A DNA stretch of 64,000 bases from Thermodesulfobacteriota bacterium (GCA_039714535.1 JBDLJC010000004.1:5693-69692); one strand, 5' to 3'. Numbered from the stretch's first letter, positions 28,300 through 39,420 are shown. Made by a program: numbers and translations. Notes: generated by a model not told the origin, from the letters alone.

Positions 28300-29079
28300 A
28301 TGAATATATTCAAAAACAAAAAATCAACCCAGGAGCCTGAGCATATTCTCTTTAAGAAAGTGAAGATAAGCAATATCAATTTCACTGAAGCTTACACAAC
28401 GATAAAAAACAATATTGCCGCCAAAGGTTACGTCTGCCTGACAGATGTTGGAGTTACTATTATGGCGACCAAGGATGAAGAGCTAAGGCGGGCCATTGGA
28501 AAATCGCTCATAAGTATTCCTGATGGCATGCCGCTGGCATGGTATGCCAAGCTATTGGGATGCAAAAAAGTTGAAAGAATTGCGGGGGGCGAGCTGTTAA
28601 AGCGCTTATTAGAGGAAAACAACGATCTTACCCATTTTCTCCTTGGTGACACAGATCAGACCATTACACGGGTTATTCAGAAAGCGAAGAATGCCAACAA
28701 AAAAATCAGGATAACCGGCTACAGTCCACCGTTCAGAAAAAATTTCACCCCAGAAGATACCAGGCAGATTTTCGATAAAATAAATAAAGCCGCCCCTGAC
28801 ATAATATGGGTCAGTTTTGGTGGCGGCAAGCAGGATAAATGGATGAACCTGAACATGGATCTGCTTGATCGAGGAGTCATGATCGGGGTCGGGGCGGCGT
28901 TTCGATTCTACATCGGCGGACTTAAGATCCCGCCCCAGATAATCCAGAATCTCGGTTTGCAATGGTTCTATAGAATGATGGGGGATCCAATAAGGTGGTT
29001 AAAACGACCATTCCCTCTGCGTCTTAAATTTTTAATGCATTTTCCAGTAGAAGTCATATACAACCGGCGTCTCAAATAA
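28300..29079 (+). CDS. WecB/TagA/CpsF (GT26) glycosyltransferase
   Basis: PDGMPL, ERIAG, SPPF, PDIIWV.FG..KQD, GVGAAF, GLQWFYR. Confidence 0.9.
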   Translation: MNIFKNKKSTQEPEHILFKKVKISNINFTEAYTTIKNNIAAKGYVCLTDVGVTIMATKDEELRRAIGKSLISIPDGMPLAWYAKLLGCKKVERIAGGELLKRLLEENNDLTHFLLGDTDQTITRVIQKAKNANKKIRITGYSPPFRKNFTPEDTRQIFDKINKAAPDIIWVSFGGGKQDKWMNLNMDLLDRGVMIGVGAAFRFYIGGLKIPPQIIQNLGLQWFYRMMGDPIRWLKRPFPLRLKFLMHFPVEVIYNRRLK

Positions 29080-29363
29080 ATATACAGGAGCTTAAGGTCG
29101 GAAAAGAATCGGTATCGTTATGCGAAAAAAGGCTAGTTCATAAACTCTAAGGTCTACACCTTGTTCTTGAATAAAGTTCCAACAAAATACGGCGGAAATA
29201 AGCCTTTCCGTTGATAGACATGATGATTCTTTTTATGTGAGCATGTCTTATATGAGTCTTTTGTGAATGAGGTTGGCTAACCCAAACGACTGCTTTCAAC
29301 ATTACTGATAAAAATTATAACAATGACGTTTTAACCACGAAACAGTGGAGAGAGGGGTACATT

Positions 29364-30605
29364 GTGAAGATTTATATCGAAACAGATGGATGTTCACGAA
29401 GAATTAACGAGTTAACTTCTTTACACAAGTACTTTGAAGCTAATAATCACACCTTTGTAACTCGTCCCGAAAAGGCTGACTTTATTATTGTGGGCACATG
29501 CGCCTTTAAGAAAAAGGAGGAATCCGATTCCATTAAACGTGTCAGGTTTTTGAAAAGAATTAAGGCTAAACTCTTAGTTTATGGCTGCTTACCAGACATA
29601 GCCCCCACAAGATTTCATGAAGAGTTTAATGGTCTTGATTTCTTGGCCCCTAAGGATATTGAACGAATTGATTCATATTTTGAAGATAGTTTGATTAAAT
29701 TTCAAGATATTCAAAACCAAAATATTATTCCTGAAAGCATGAAATCAAACTCCCTTCAATCCGCTATCGGAAAATTTAAAGAAGAGTTTGAATTCTCTAA
29801 CAAATTCCTGGTAAAGGCGAAGGATTATGCGGGTAAAAAAATAAAGAGTTCCCTGAAGAGAAACGAAGAGAATTTTTATTTATTTATATGCAGAGGATGC
29901 CTTGGGAAATGTACCTACTGCGCTATAAAACGTGCAATTGGACCGCTAAAAAGCACTGATATTGGTGAAATTGTAGATCAATTTAATGAAGGAATTACTT
30001 TAGGGCACAAAACATTTACGATTCTTGGTGACGATGTGGGCGCCTACGGCAGGGAGCGGAATGACACGTTTCCCAATCTTTTGAGCCGTTTACTAGAGGA
30101 GTCAAATGGCCATAACAAATCATTAAAACCGCATAAAAATGGCATGATCGGTTTTCATATCGAAGAAATTCATCCGAAGTGGATGACACTCTATAAAAGG
30201 GAATTACACGAACTTATTTCTACACAAAGAATTAAAAGTATCCTCTGCCCCATTCAATCAGGAAACAACAGGATTCTGGAATTAATGAAAAGGGAACATG
30301 ACGCTGAAAGTATTTTTGAGGTTATGTCCAAAATTCGCTCCTCGCACCCTCAAATTAAACTTAGGACTCAGATTATTGTTGGCTTTCCTTCCGAAACGGA
30401 AAATGAGTTCTATGACACTTTGCACCAGGTTAACAATAATCTATTCGATGAGGTGACGGTTTTTCCATATGACCCTAAAGAAAAAACTCCAGCGAATTAT
30501 ATAGAGCCACACCTTGCAGACCAAGTGATATCCGAACGGGTTAATAAAGCCTTGAAATTTTTTAAGACCCATAAAATCAGTGCACATTTAAGCTGCCAGA
30601 ACTAA
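29364..30605 (+). CDS. Methylthiotransferase-like radical SAM enzyme (UPF0004 + radical SAM, no TRAM domain)
   Basis: N-terminal TDGC / GTCAF / YGCL Cys triad, CLGKCTYC radical-SAM motif, PIQSG..ILELMKR, IIVGFPSET; ends shortly after the barrel. Confidence 0.85.
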   Translation: MKIYIETDGCSRRINELTSLHKYFEANNHTFVTRPEKADFIIVGTCAFKKKEESDSIKRVRFLKRIKAKLLVYGCLPDIAPTRFHEEFNGLDFLAPKDIERIDSYFEDSLIKFQDIQNQNIIPESMKSNSLQSAIGKFKEEFEFSNKFLVKAKDYAGKKIKSSLKRNEENFYLFICRGCLGKCTYCAIKRAIGPLKSTDIGEIVDQFNEGITLGHKTFTILGDDVGAYGRERNDTFPNLLSRLLEESNGHNKSLKPHKNGMIGFHIEEIHPKWMTLYKRELHELISTQRIKSILCPIQSGNNRILELMKREHDAESIFEVMSKIRSSHPQIKLRTQIIVGFPSETENEFYDTLHQVNNNLFDEVTVFPYDPKEKTPANYIEPHLADQVISERVNKALKFFKTHKISAHLSCQN

Positions 30606-30693
30606 GCAAAAGGACGAAACTTACAAAGATTACAAGTTGCGCATAACACCATTCAAGCTCCATGTTGATATAGTGAGCGGGGTATATTGTCTC

Positions 30694-31581
30694 ATGTCAA
30701 TCAAAGAAAATATAAATAACCAGTTTGAGCACAAAGAAGGTATTGCTGCTTACTTTTCAACGCAGAAAGATGCCTGGCGGAAAAATTATGAATCGGATGT
30801 TTCCGGCAAAGTTAGCCTTTATAAAAGAGACATAATCAATAGAAAAAACACGGTACTGCATCTGCTCGATAAATATACTTATAAGGATTCTCTGGATATC
30901 CTAGATATCGGGTGCGGTGCCGGGATTCTAATGGAAGACATGTTGCAGAGAGGCCACAATGTTGTTGGTTCTGACATATCTGAAGAAATGATAGAGGAAG
31001 CCAAAAAGAATACGGCTGCTTTTTCCTCCGATAGAAAAAAAATTATGCCGGGAGATCTTGAGAATATTTCTTTTGGGAATAATACCTTTGATTTCGTCAC
31101 TTGCGTTGGTGTGTTGGAGTACCAAAAGAGCGACAAAACAAGTATTTGCGAAATAAGCAGAGTCCTTAACAATGGAGGTTTTGCTATTGTTACCGTCCCC
31201 AACCTATTAAGATTTAAAAATATTCTTGATCCGTATTACTACATTAAGCTAATTCCCAGGATTCTCAGGAAGACACGCTGGAGGGCCAAACCCAAGCATT
31301 CTGATCTGGTTAAGTCGTTTGAACACAATGAATATTTCACCAATAGAAAATTTTATTATGGACAGCTCAATCAGCTTTTTCGTTCATATAACCTGGAGAT
31401 AGTTGATTACGTGAGCATTGGCTACAGTCCACTATTAACGATATGGCGCAAAAGTATTCTGCCCAAGGCAATGGCCATCAAGGTTGGTAATTACCTGGAG
31501 AATAAATCTTCCTCTCAGCGTTCTTTCTTAAAATGGGTTCCTAACAGGTGGGTAATTTGCTTGAAAAAGACAACCGGTTGA
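30694..31581 (+). CDS. Class I SAM-dependent methyltransferase
   Basis: ILDIGCGAG, GSDISEEM, FDFV, EISRVL..GG. Confidence 0.9.
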   Translation: MSIKENINNQFEHKEGIAAYFSTQKDAWRKNYESDVSGKVSLYKRDIINRKNTVLHLLDKYTYKDSLDILDIGCGAGILMEDMLQRGHNVVGSDISEEMIEEAKKNTAAFSSDRKKIMPGDLENISFGNNTFDFVTCVGVLEYQKSDKTSICEISRVLNNGGFAIVTVPNLLRFKNILDPYYYIKLIPRILRKTRWRAKPKHSDLVKSFEHNEYFTNRKFYYGQLNQLFRSYNLEIVDYVSIGYSPLLTIWRKSILPKAMAIKVGNYLENKSSSQRSFLKWVPNRWVICLKKTTG

Positions 31582-32762
31582 TGCCGGCAATTATACTTAC
31601 AAGTCATACGATGGGGCTTGGGGTTATACGCTCTCTTGGAATCATGGGCGTACCTCTGTATGTCTTCTATTATGACAAGATAGACATGGGATATGTATCG
31701 AAATATGTAAAGGAAGCTATCCATTGCCCTCACCCGGAAAAGAATGAGAGTGAGTTTATAAAAGTTATTGTTGAATATGCGGAACAGTTGACGGGATCTC
31801 TGTTAATACCTGCTGATGATGCAACATTGTCGGTAGTTTCAAAAAACAAACCTACATTCGAAAAACATTATAAAGTTGCATGTCCTGGTTGGGAAACAAC
31901 CATCAAGTATATTGACAAAAAATACACATATGAGCTTGCCGATAAAATTGGAGTGCCATGCCCAAGAACCATTGTTCCCCAAAACATTGACGAAGTACAT
32001 AGTTACTCAAGAGATATTCAATACCCCTGTATTGTTAAACCTTGTGAAAGCCATAAATACTATGAGGTTTTCAAGAAAAAAATGACGATTGTTCATAATC
32101 AGGAAGAAATGGTCAGCGCTTATCAGGAAGCGACGCATGAAGGGATTGAAGTTATGATCCAGGAATATATTCCTGGCGGTGATTCAAACGGGGTTAATTA
32201 CAATTCACATATACATGAAGAAAAAACAGTAGTTGATTTTACGGCTGAAAAAGTTCGCTACTCTCCACCTGGGATCGGAGTACCACGTGTGGTTGTCTCA
32301 AAATATATACCTGAGGTCATTGATTCAGGCCGCAAGATTCTCAGAGCTATGGGCTACCATGGTTATTCTTGTACTGAATTTAAAAAGGATCCCCGGGACG
32401 GTATTTATAAATTAATGGAGATAAATGGACGTCATAATCGCTCGACTCTTCTTGCCGTCCGGTGCGGGATTAACTTTCCCTGGATTGAATATGCTCATTT
32501 CTTCGATAAGGAGATTAAATTTAACCATGACTGCAAGGATGGTATTTATTGGGTAGACGAGCTTCGGGACATTATTCACAGTATCAAATATTTCAAGGAA
32601 GAACGTTATAGTTTCAAACAGTACATTCGTCCATATATAAACCCCAATATATTTGCCATATTGGATGTAAAAGATATGAGACCTTTTTTTAAAAGAATAT
32701 GCGATTTAATTAAGATGGCAGTGAGTGTTGTTGCCCTCCGATCATCAAATATTAAGGAGTGA
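31581..32762 (+). CDS. ATP-grasp carboxylate-amine ligase (D-aspartate-ligase-like)
   Basis: GLGVIRSLG, LLIPADD, DK, PCIVKP, IQEYIPG, EFKKDPRDG..LMEINGR; TGATG coupling to the upstream gene. Confidence 0.85.
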   Translation: MPAIILTSHTMGLGVIRSLGIMGVPLYVFYYDKIDMGYVSKYVKEAIHCPHPEKNESEFIKVIVEYAEQLTGSLLIPADDATLSVVSKNKPTFEKHYKVACPGWETTIKYIDKKYTYELADKIGVPCPRTIVPQNIDEVHSYSRDIQYPCIVKPCESHKYYEVFKKKMTIVHNQEEMVSAYQEATHEGIEVMIQEYIPGGDSNGVNYNSHIHEEKTVVDFTAEKVRYSPPGIGVPRVVVSKYIPEVIDSGRKILRAMGYHGYSCTEFKKDPRDGIYKLMEINGRHNRSTLLAVRCGINFPWIEYAHFFDKEIKFNHDCKDGIYWVDELRDIIHSIKYFKEERYSFKQYIRPYINPNIFAILDVKDMRPFFKRICDLIKMAVSVVALRSSNIKE

Positions 32763-32766
32763 AGTC

Positions 32767-33552
32767 ATGAGAACTGATGCTATAGCGTTGGAGGAAAAGA
32801 GACTTGAAGAAGTGTCGACAGTCGACGATTACCAAGCTTTTCATGAGCGGCACCGCATTTTCCCTGAAATATTTGAGAATAGAAACCATAACAACATTTT
32901 AGACACATCTGCAGGGGTGGGCGTCCTAGGCAACAGAATAAAGCAAGCTTATGACGCAGAACTCTTATGCAATGATATCTGTCCAAAATGTTTAAAAACA
33001 ATGGAAAAGAGCGGTCTTAGCACACTATCATTTGATATAGATGATAAGGATAAACCGTTCCCTCTTGAAGACAAAAGTTTTGATGCCGTAATATCCTTGG
33101 CCACCATAGAGCATGTGATTCAGATTGATAATTACATGGAACAAATACACCGTATATTAAAAGATGACGGATATTTATACATATCCGCACCGAACTATAA
33201 CGGTCTAGCGTACTTAATTCCCATGTTGTTAACAGGGAAGACCTTTCATGATCCATTATCCGAACCGGACAGATATGAATTTTATGCTCATGTCCGCTAT
33301 TTTACACATCGGACACTTCTTGATTATGTCACTACATTCGGGTTTTCTCCCGAAGCAGTTTACCTTGCCCTACCCCAGGATAGTTCCCGTTATAAGAAAT
33401 TAAAGGGAAAATCGAAAGTTAAAGCAGCAATGTTCAGACACAGCATGAGACTGCTATATAGCGTTTCTCCAAGATGGGCGTCAGAACCGGTAATTTGTTT
33501 TAAAAAAGCCTCTGTATCATCAAGTGGCAAGCCCAGGAATATTATTCTGTAA
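32767..33552 (+). CDS. Class I SAM-dependent methyltransferase
   Basis: ILDTSAGVG, SFDAVISLATIEHV, RILK..G.L...PN, HVRYFT. Confidence 0.85.
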   Translation: MRTDAIALEEKRLEEVSTVDDYQAFHERHRIFPEIFENRNHNNILDTSAGVGVLGNRIKQAYDAELLCNDICPKCLKTMEKSGLSTLSFDIDDKDKPFPLEDKSFDAVISLATIEHVIQIDNYMEQIHRILKDDGYLYISAPNYNGLAYLIPMLLTGKTFHDPLSEPDRYEFYAHVRYFTHRTLLDYVTTFGFSPEAVYLALPQDSSRYKKLKGKSKVKAAMFRHSMRLLYSVSPRWASEPVICFKKASVSSSGKPRNIIL

Positions 33553-33676
33553 CGACACGAGATATCGCTAAAAGCAATATAAATTCCGCCATCTAGTATA
33601 CATATGAAATAAAGTCTGCATTCCTCGATAACCTAAGTAACGCTCTGCTAAATACTGTAGGTAAAAAGGAGGACAA

Positions 33677-35107
33677 ATGATTACTCCAATAATCCTTGCT
33701 GGGGGTTCCGGAACGCGCCTTTGGCCGCTTTCCCGGAAACTTTATCCAAAGCAGCTTTTGCCACTTCTGGGTGATCAATCACTTCTGCAGCAAACTATTA
33801 GCCGGCTGGCGAATTTTGAAGGCATTGATGCGCCACTTGTTATCTGCAATGATGAACATAGGTTCCTGGTGGCAGAACAGTTGCGTAATGTGTCGATAAC
33901 ACCTTCAGCAATTCTGCTTGAACCACTCGGTCGCAACACCGCGCCAGCCACTGCTGTGGCGGCAATTCATGCACTTTCCTCCAAGGATGCCCCGCTCCTT
34001 CTAGTCCTGCCGGCTGACCACCTTATTAGGAACACCGAGGCCTTTCGCGGTGCGGTTCTCTCCGGGGTGTCAGCCGCCAAAGAGGGTAAACTAGTCACCT
34101 TTGGCATCATACCGGATAAGGCTGAAACAGGATATGGCTATATAAAACAGGGAGAGATTGCAAGAAACCTTTCGGATGGGGAGTCCGAGTGTTTTATTGT
34201 TGAGAACTTTATTGAAAAGCCGAATCTGAACCTGGCCATGGAATATGTCGAAAATGGCAATTATCTCTGGAATTCCGGCATGTTCCTCTTTCGCGCCGAC
34301 TCTTTTCTGGAAGAACTGCAACAGTTCGCTCCGAAAATGGTGAAATTGTGCCACAAAGCCCATGCGACCTTAACCAGCGATCTTGATTTTCAAAGATTGG
34401 ACAAAGAGGCATTTACCGCCTGCCCAGCTGATTCCATCGACTACGCAGTCATGGAAAAGACCGGTAAAGCAGTGGTTGTGCCAGTGGCCCCTGGCTGGAG
34501 CGACATAGGTTCCTGGTCAGCATTATGGGAAGTTGGTGACAAGGACCCTGAAAATAACGTCACCCAGGGCGATGTCCTTACCCATGACACCCATAATTCG
34601 TATCTCTATGCTCATCACCGACTGCTGACTACCGTGGGAGTAAAAGACCATGTGGTAATTGAAACTGCTGACGCCGTGCTGGTCGCCCATAAAAACCAGG
34701 TTCAAGATGTAAAAAAAATTGTCACACAGCTAATCGCCGAAAAAAGAACTGAGGCCGACCTCCACAGCCAGGTATTTCGCCCTTGGGGATCGTATGAAAG
34801 CATTACGACCGGTGATCGCTTCCAGGTCAAGAGGATTATAGTCAAACCAAATGCCATTCTTTCCCTGCAGAAGCATCACCATCGCGCAGAACATTGGATC
34901 GTGGTAAAGGGGACTGCGAAAATAACCCGCAACAAAGAAACATTTATACTAAGTGAAAACGAATCTACTTTTATCCCGCTCGGCATCCAACATCGTCTCG
35001 AGAACCCCGGTGTTATTCCCTTGGAGCTGATTGAGGTACAGAGTGGCTCCTATCTGGGCGAGGACGATATTGTTCGTTTTACTGACAATTATGGTCGCGC
35101 AAACTAA
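33677..35107 (+). CDS. manC: Mannose-1-phosphate guanylyltransferase / mannose-6-phosphate isomerase
   Basis: ILAGGSGTRLWPLSR..PKQ, GRNTAPA, ETGYGYI, WNSGMF, SIDYAVME, RPWG, QKHHHRAEHW. Confidence 0.96.
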   Translation: MITPIILAGGSGTRLWPLSRKLYPKQLLPLLGDQSLLQQTISRLANFEGIDAPLVICNDEHRFLVAEQLRNVSITPSAILLEPLGRNTAPATAVAAIHALSSKDAPLLLVLPADHLIRNTEAFRGAVLSGVSAAKEGKLVTFGIIPDKAETGYGYIKQGEIARNLSDGESECFIVENFIEKPNLNLAMEYVENGNYLWNSGMFLFRADSFLEELQQFAPKMVKLCHKAHATLTSDLDFQRLDKEAFTACPADSIDYAVMEKTGKAVVVPVAPGWSDIGSWSALWEVGDKDPENNVTQGDVLTHDTHNSYLYAHHRLLTTVGVKDHVVIETADAVLVAHKNQVQDVKKIVTQLIAEKRTEADLHSQVFRPWGSYESITTGDRFQVKRIIVKPNAILSLQKHHHRAEHWIVVKGTAKITRNKETFILSENESTFIPLGIQHRLENPGVIPLELIEVQSGSYLGEDDIVRFTDNYGRAN

Positions 35108-35361
35108 TTACCAGATAAAACCCCACTGACTCCAGCTGCTAGTGTGCGGTCCACTTCATCCCAATACTCCAAAACAATTAATTCGTAATTCATAAAGCTA
35201 ATCATCGTCTTTTGAAAGTAGATCAACGAATACGACAAAAATAATCCTTTTAGTTGATTGACCTGGCTATTCGTTTTTGAAAAAATATACACAAGATTTA
35301 CTTTTGCATGCCGTTGGCGGGCAAAATGATCGTTTTCTCTTGAAATCAAAATCAGAAGGAA

Positions 35362-36534
35362 ATGTATAAGATGATAACAGGACATAATATCATATGTTTT
35401 GGTTCCTCCTCCTGGCAATATCCAGGTTTACAGCAAACAACCATGAGATTACTGGCGGACCAAAATAGAATCTTATATATCAACGCCCTCGGCAGCCGCA
35501 ATATTTCTTTGAAATTATCTCAGTGCAGCTTTTATTTAAGAAGAATTCAAAGACAGTTCCAACAAAATCAAACCATGTCAGAAAAAACCGTGGTTTGCAA
35601 TCCCCTGATCATCCCTTTTGTCTACCACTCTCTAACAACCAAATTTAACCGTTTACTACTCCGTGCTCAATTTCACCGTTTGCTGCCCAAGATAAATTTT
35701 CGCAAATACATATTATGGGTAGGCACACCAACGGCAGCCCCATTTCTCGATTTATTCGATCCTTCTTTAACTATTTATAATCCTGTTGATCGTTACCATG
35801 CCTTCTCGTTTGTCAATGGTGACAAAATTCGTGCTTACGAAAAGCGGATAGGGGCAAGGGCGGATGCAGTTATCTGTACATCTGATGCGATAAAAAATGA
35901 CATGTCTGCGTTCAACCAGCATGCCTTTGCTGTTACCCATGGCGTGGATGTAAATCATTTCCATTCCGCGCTGAACCAGGAGAACAAGATAGAGGATATA
36001 GACGATCTGCCTAAGCCTATAATCGGCTTTTTCGGTGGTCTTTCGGAAAGGGTCAACTATCAACTGATCCGAAAAATCGCATGCCGATATCCAACGGCAA
36101 GCATCGTACTGATTGGCAAGCAACTTTCCAGCCTGGCAGAATTGGAAGGCCTGCAGAATGTTCATGTCCTCGGATTTCGGGATTTCAGTTTGCTGCCCCA
36201 TTATATGAAACGCTTTTCAGTGTGCCTGATTCCCTATCACGTGAATAAACTTATGGAGGCGGTAGACCCTATAAAACTACGCGAATACCTTTGTCAGGGA
36301 AAACCGGTGGTCAGTGTCGATCTGCCGGAAGTCAGAAAACTTAAAGACCTGGTTTACATCGGCAGAGATGAGGAGGAGTTTGTCGAAATGGTGGGAAAAG
36401 CAATGGCTGAAAAAAGTCTCTCGCTTGCAGAGACCCGTATCAAGGCTGCCCGTCAAAGTGAATGGCCAGTGAAGATGGCAGAAATGGCAGAGATTGTTAA
36501 CGACGCTTTTATGCGAAAAAATCAGGAAAATTAG
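35362..36534 (+). CDS. GT4-type glycosyltransferase (TuaH-like)
   Basis: HGVD..HF, PIIGFFG, CLIPY, DPIKLREYL..GKPVVS. Confidence 0.85.
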   Translation: MYKMITGHNIICFGSSSWQYPGLQQTTMRLLADQNRILYINALGSRNISLKLSQCSFYLRRIQRQFQQNQTMSEKTVVCNPLIIPFVYHSLTTKFNRLLLRAQFHRLLPKINFRKYILWVGTPTAAPFLDLFDPSLTIYNPVDRYHAFSFVNGDKIRAYEKRIGARADAVICTSDAIKNDMSAFNQHAFAVTHGVDVNHFHSALNQENKIEDIDDLPKPIIGFFGGLSERVNYQLIRKIACRYPTASIVLIGKQLSSLAELEGLQNVHVLGFRDFSLLPHYMKRFSVCLIPYHVNKLMEAVDPIKLREYLCQGKPVVSVDLPEVRKLKDLVYIGRDEEEFVEMVGKAMAEKSLSLAETRIKAARQSEWPVKMAEMAEIVNDAFMRKNQEN

Positions 36535-36535
36535 A

Positions 36536-37882
36536 ATGTTGGAGAACATTATCATTGTACTTCTTATCCCCTTAGGCCTGCTTTGCCTGGTCAAACCTTT
36601 TCTCCTTCTGTACCTGCTGACAACCGTAATGGTCTTTAAATTTGCCCCGTCAGTAAGTTATTACGAAACTACTCCAATAATAAAAATCGGATCCATTAAT
36701 CTTTTTTCCACCGATTACCTGATCTTAATATTATTTTTTCTCTTGATGATTTTTATGGCAAAAAATTTGATATCTAAACGCCCCCTTCTGGGAAAATTAA
36801 TGGAGGGCCAGGTAAGCAAATTAGTTTCCGTTTTATTTCTCTGGTCTATTTTTATTGGTATCCTTTCCTATGGCAAAGGCTTCGCGTTACAGAATGTATT
36901 GCGGAATATTTCCACGGAAGCACTGATGTTCATCGCCATCCTTCTACCAACCATCCCCGAGGTGGACAAAAAAAAGGAACGATTCTTCAAATACAGCGTA
37001 TTGCTAGGGCTACTACTAGTCGGCTTTTCTTTATGGAAATACTTTATTTCGCATGACGTTGAATTAACCAGTAGCGGCACAATGCGAACCCTGTTAGGCA
37101 ACACCGTAATTATTTTCATGCTACCCATATGCTACTTGCTCTTTTACAGCAGATACTACCGCCAACATAAGTTACTTTCTTGCACCATAATTGCCCTGTT
37201 GACCATCGGCATTACTTTGACCGGCCATCGTTCCGGGTTGATTACTCTGGCTTTTGTAATACTTTTGTACTTCACGACAAAGGACTTCAATATTGTAGAT
37301 TATTTATGGATTCCAACTGCCGGTATAACAATGGTCCTTCTGGTTGTCTTGATTTCCTCGATGTTAAGTATAACCCCCGGCAAAACTCTTTTAGGAGATA
37401 TGGTGCTGCGTGCTGGCGACACCCTCAATCTGGAAAACAAAACAACTATGGAAAGGCTGTCAAAGTGGGACGATTCCCTTGAAATAACCAAGAGATATCC
37501 GCTCCTTGGCTTGGGGCGATTCCCTGTGCATACCGACTCTATAGCCGATGACTCTAACCAGAACCTAAAGGATTCGTTTACAGACTTCAACAGAGCGACC
37601 CATAACATGTTCGCGGAACAACTTGCCAACACAGGTCTGTTGGGGTTGTCAGTAATGGCCTTTTTCATTTACGGAGTCCTCATGCAATTTAAAAAAATTT
37701 CCGCTATGGATCATAGATATGCCGATTTTTTAAAAGTCTATTTCTTATCTTTCCTGGTTTTCAGTCAGTTCAACACTTCTTTTTCTGACCCGCTGGGCAA
37801 GATATTTCTCTTCATTATGCTAGGTTTTTTAAACGTACAGCAGATGAAGGAATCAGGCTCGCTTCCGGCCTTTTCATCGTGA
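36536..37882 (+). CDS. Wzy polymerase / O-antigen ligase family membrane protein
   Basis: About 10+ TM helices; LTGHRSG, R..W, PLLGLG, HN.F..L..TGLLG (Wzy_C). Confidence 0.85.
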   Translation: MLENIIIVLLIPLGLLCLVKPFLLLYLLTTVMVFKFAPSVSYYETTPIIKIGSINLFSTDYLILILFFLLMIFMAKNLISKRPLLGKLMEGQVSKLVSVLFLWSIFIGILSYGKGFALQNVLRNISTEALMFIAILLPTIPEVDKKKERFFKYSVLLGLLLVGFSLWKYFISHDVELTSSGTMRTLLGNTVIIFMLPICYLLFYSRYYRQHKLLSCTIIALLTIGITLTGHRSGLITLAFVILLYFTTKDFNIVDYLWIPTAGITMVLLVVLISSMLSITPGKTLLGDMVLRAGDTLNLENKTTMERLSKWDDSLEITKRYPLLGLGRFPVHTDSIADDSNQNLKDSFTDFNRATHNMFAEQLANTGLLGLSVMAFFIYGVLMQFKKISAMDHRYADFLKVYFLSFLVFSQFNTSFSDPLGKIFLFIMLGFLNVQQMKESGSLPAFSS

Positions 37883-37980
37883 TTCAAGTTTCTGCTGAAG
37901 ATTTTTGGTGACCAGTTTACCACCCTGGCACCGCCAGACAACCGGCATAAGCATCACATATTGCAAGGTTAGACACCCAA

Positions 37981-39387
37981 ATGGATAATTCAATCAAACA
38001 GAAACTGTATTCAGGTGGGTTGTGGGTTGTGGGGCTTAAAATACTGGCATTGCCGGTTGGTCTTATTCTTGTCGCATTGTTGACCAGGATGCTCTCGGCT
38101 GAAGAGATGGGAGTATATTTTCTCTTTTTTAGCCTTGTCGATTTTCTCGTGATCTTTTCCTTGCTAGGGATGGAAAAACCAATCGTTCGCATTGTGTCCC
38201 AATCATTGGCCCTTAAATTGCCGGGGCGTGCCTGGCAAGCGGTTCGTAAGGCGTTGCGCATGGGCGTACTGTCAGCCTCGACAGTTGCGGCATTGCTTGT
38301 TTTAGGAGTTGGCCAATTTGTGTCCGAAAAGATATTTGACTCTGCTCTGATGAGTGAGCTTATTTTCTTACCGGCAATATGGTTGTTCCTGCTCACCCTT
38401 CAGAGGTTGGTTGCCGAGTCTTTCAGAGGCCTTCATGATATCAGGTTTGCGACGTTGTTTAATGGGTTGATTCCAAATTTTCTCTGCGTCATAGTGCTGG
38501 CATTGCTTTTCTGGACGAATGTGAAAATAAATCTCTCAACAATCTTATTTATCGTAATCGGTGCTTATGCATTAAATCTTCTCTTGGGGTATGTGACATT
38601 ATCTAGAAGTACTTCTGAATTGAGTGGTGATGGCTCGGTTTTTGTCTCTGAAATATTGAAGACTTCATGGCCGTTTTGCATTTCAGCCATTTTTTTAACA
38701 GGCCTGCAACAAGGCCATCTTTGGTTACTTGGGTTTTGCAGTACTACAGAAAGTGTAGCCATATATGGAGCGGCCTGGCGGGTTGTGATTTTGTTAACAA
38801 CAACACTCCAAATCGTTAGACTGGTAATTCCTGCCATGGTCGCCAAGCTTTACGCCCAAAAAAAGTATAAGGATCTTGAAAAGGTTCTTAGAAGCACCGC
38901 AACAATTGCCGGTGTTCCGTCCATCATTGGTTTGTTATTAATTCTAATTTTCGGAAAAACAATACTTCTTCATCTCTATGGAGAAAGTTATGCCAGTGGT
39001 TATTCAATATTAACCATTTTGGCAATTGCACACATAATAAATATTTTCACTGGAGTGCCAGGTGTGCTCTTAATGATGTCTTCAAACGAAAAAGTACTAT
39101 TGGCAATCTCTATATTCAGCGGTTCTTTGAGTATTTTGGTTAGTTTTATCCTGGTGAACCAATTGGATTATGTCGGTGTTGCTATAGGGGCTGGAGTCGG
39201 AATAGCTATCCAGAATTTACTTATGGCAGGCTATTGCCTAACAAAAATGGATATAAATACTTTCATTAGCTTAAGAGAAATATATCTTTTCAAAGAAACT
39301 TTTTTGTCAATTATTGCTGCTTACAAGCAGAGATTAATCCTTAAAACAAATAACTTTGGGCACAATACTGATACAGAAAAAATTTGA
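37981..39387 (+). CDS. wzx: Wzx flippase
   Basis: Multi-pass membrane protein; LTRML..E.G.Y, VAIYGAA.R, LYGESY motifs. Confidence 0.88.
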   Translation: MDNSIKQKLYSGGLWVVGLKILALPVGLILVALLTRMLSAEEMGVYFLFFSLVDFLVIFSLLGMEKPIVRIVSQSLALKLPGRAWQAVRKALRMGVLSASTVAALLVLGVGQFVSEKIFDSALMSELIFLPAIWLFLLTLQRLVAESFRGLHDIRFATLFNGLIPNFLCVIVLALLFWTNVKINLSTILFIVIGAYALNLLLGYVTLSRSTSELSGDGSVFVSEILKTSWPFCISAIFLTGLQQGHLWLLGFCSTTESVAIYGAAWRVVILLTTTLQIVRLVIPAMVAKLYAQKKYKDLEKVLRSTATIAGVPSIIGLLLILIFGKTILLHLYGESYASGYSILTILAIAHIINIFTGVPGVLLMMSSNEKVLLAISIFSGSLSILVSFILVNQLDYVGVAIGAGVGIAIQNLLMAGYCLTKMDINTFISLREIYLFKETFLSIIAAYKQRLILKTNNFGHNTDTEKI

Positions 39388-39420
39388 TAAATATCATAAT
39401 TGCAAGAGCAGGTTGAAAAA

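Noticed and set aside
29364-30605. Naming the radical SAM gene miaB/rimO/mtaB
   Set aside because: No TRAM domain, divergent motifs and a polysaccharide context; symbol withheld.
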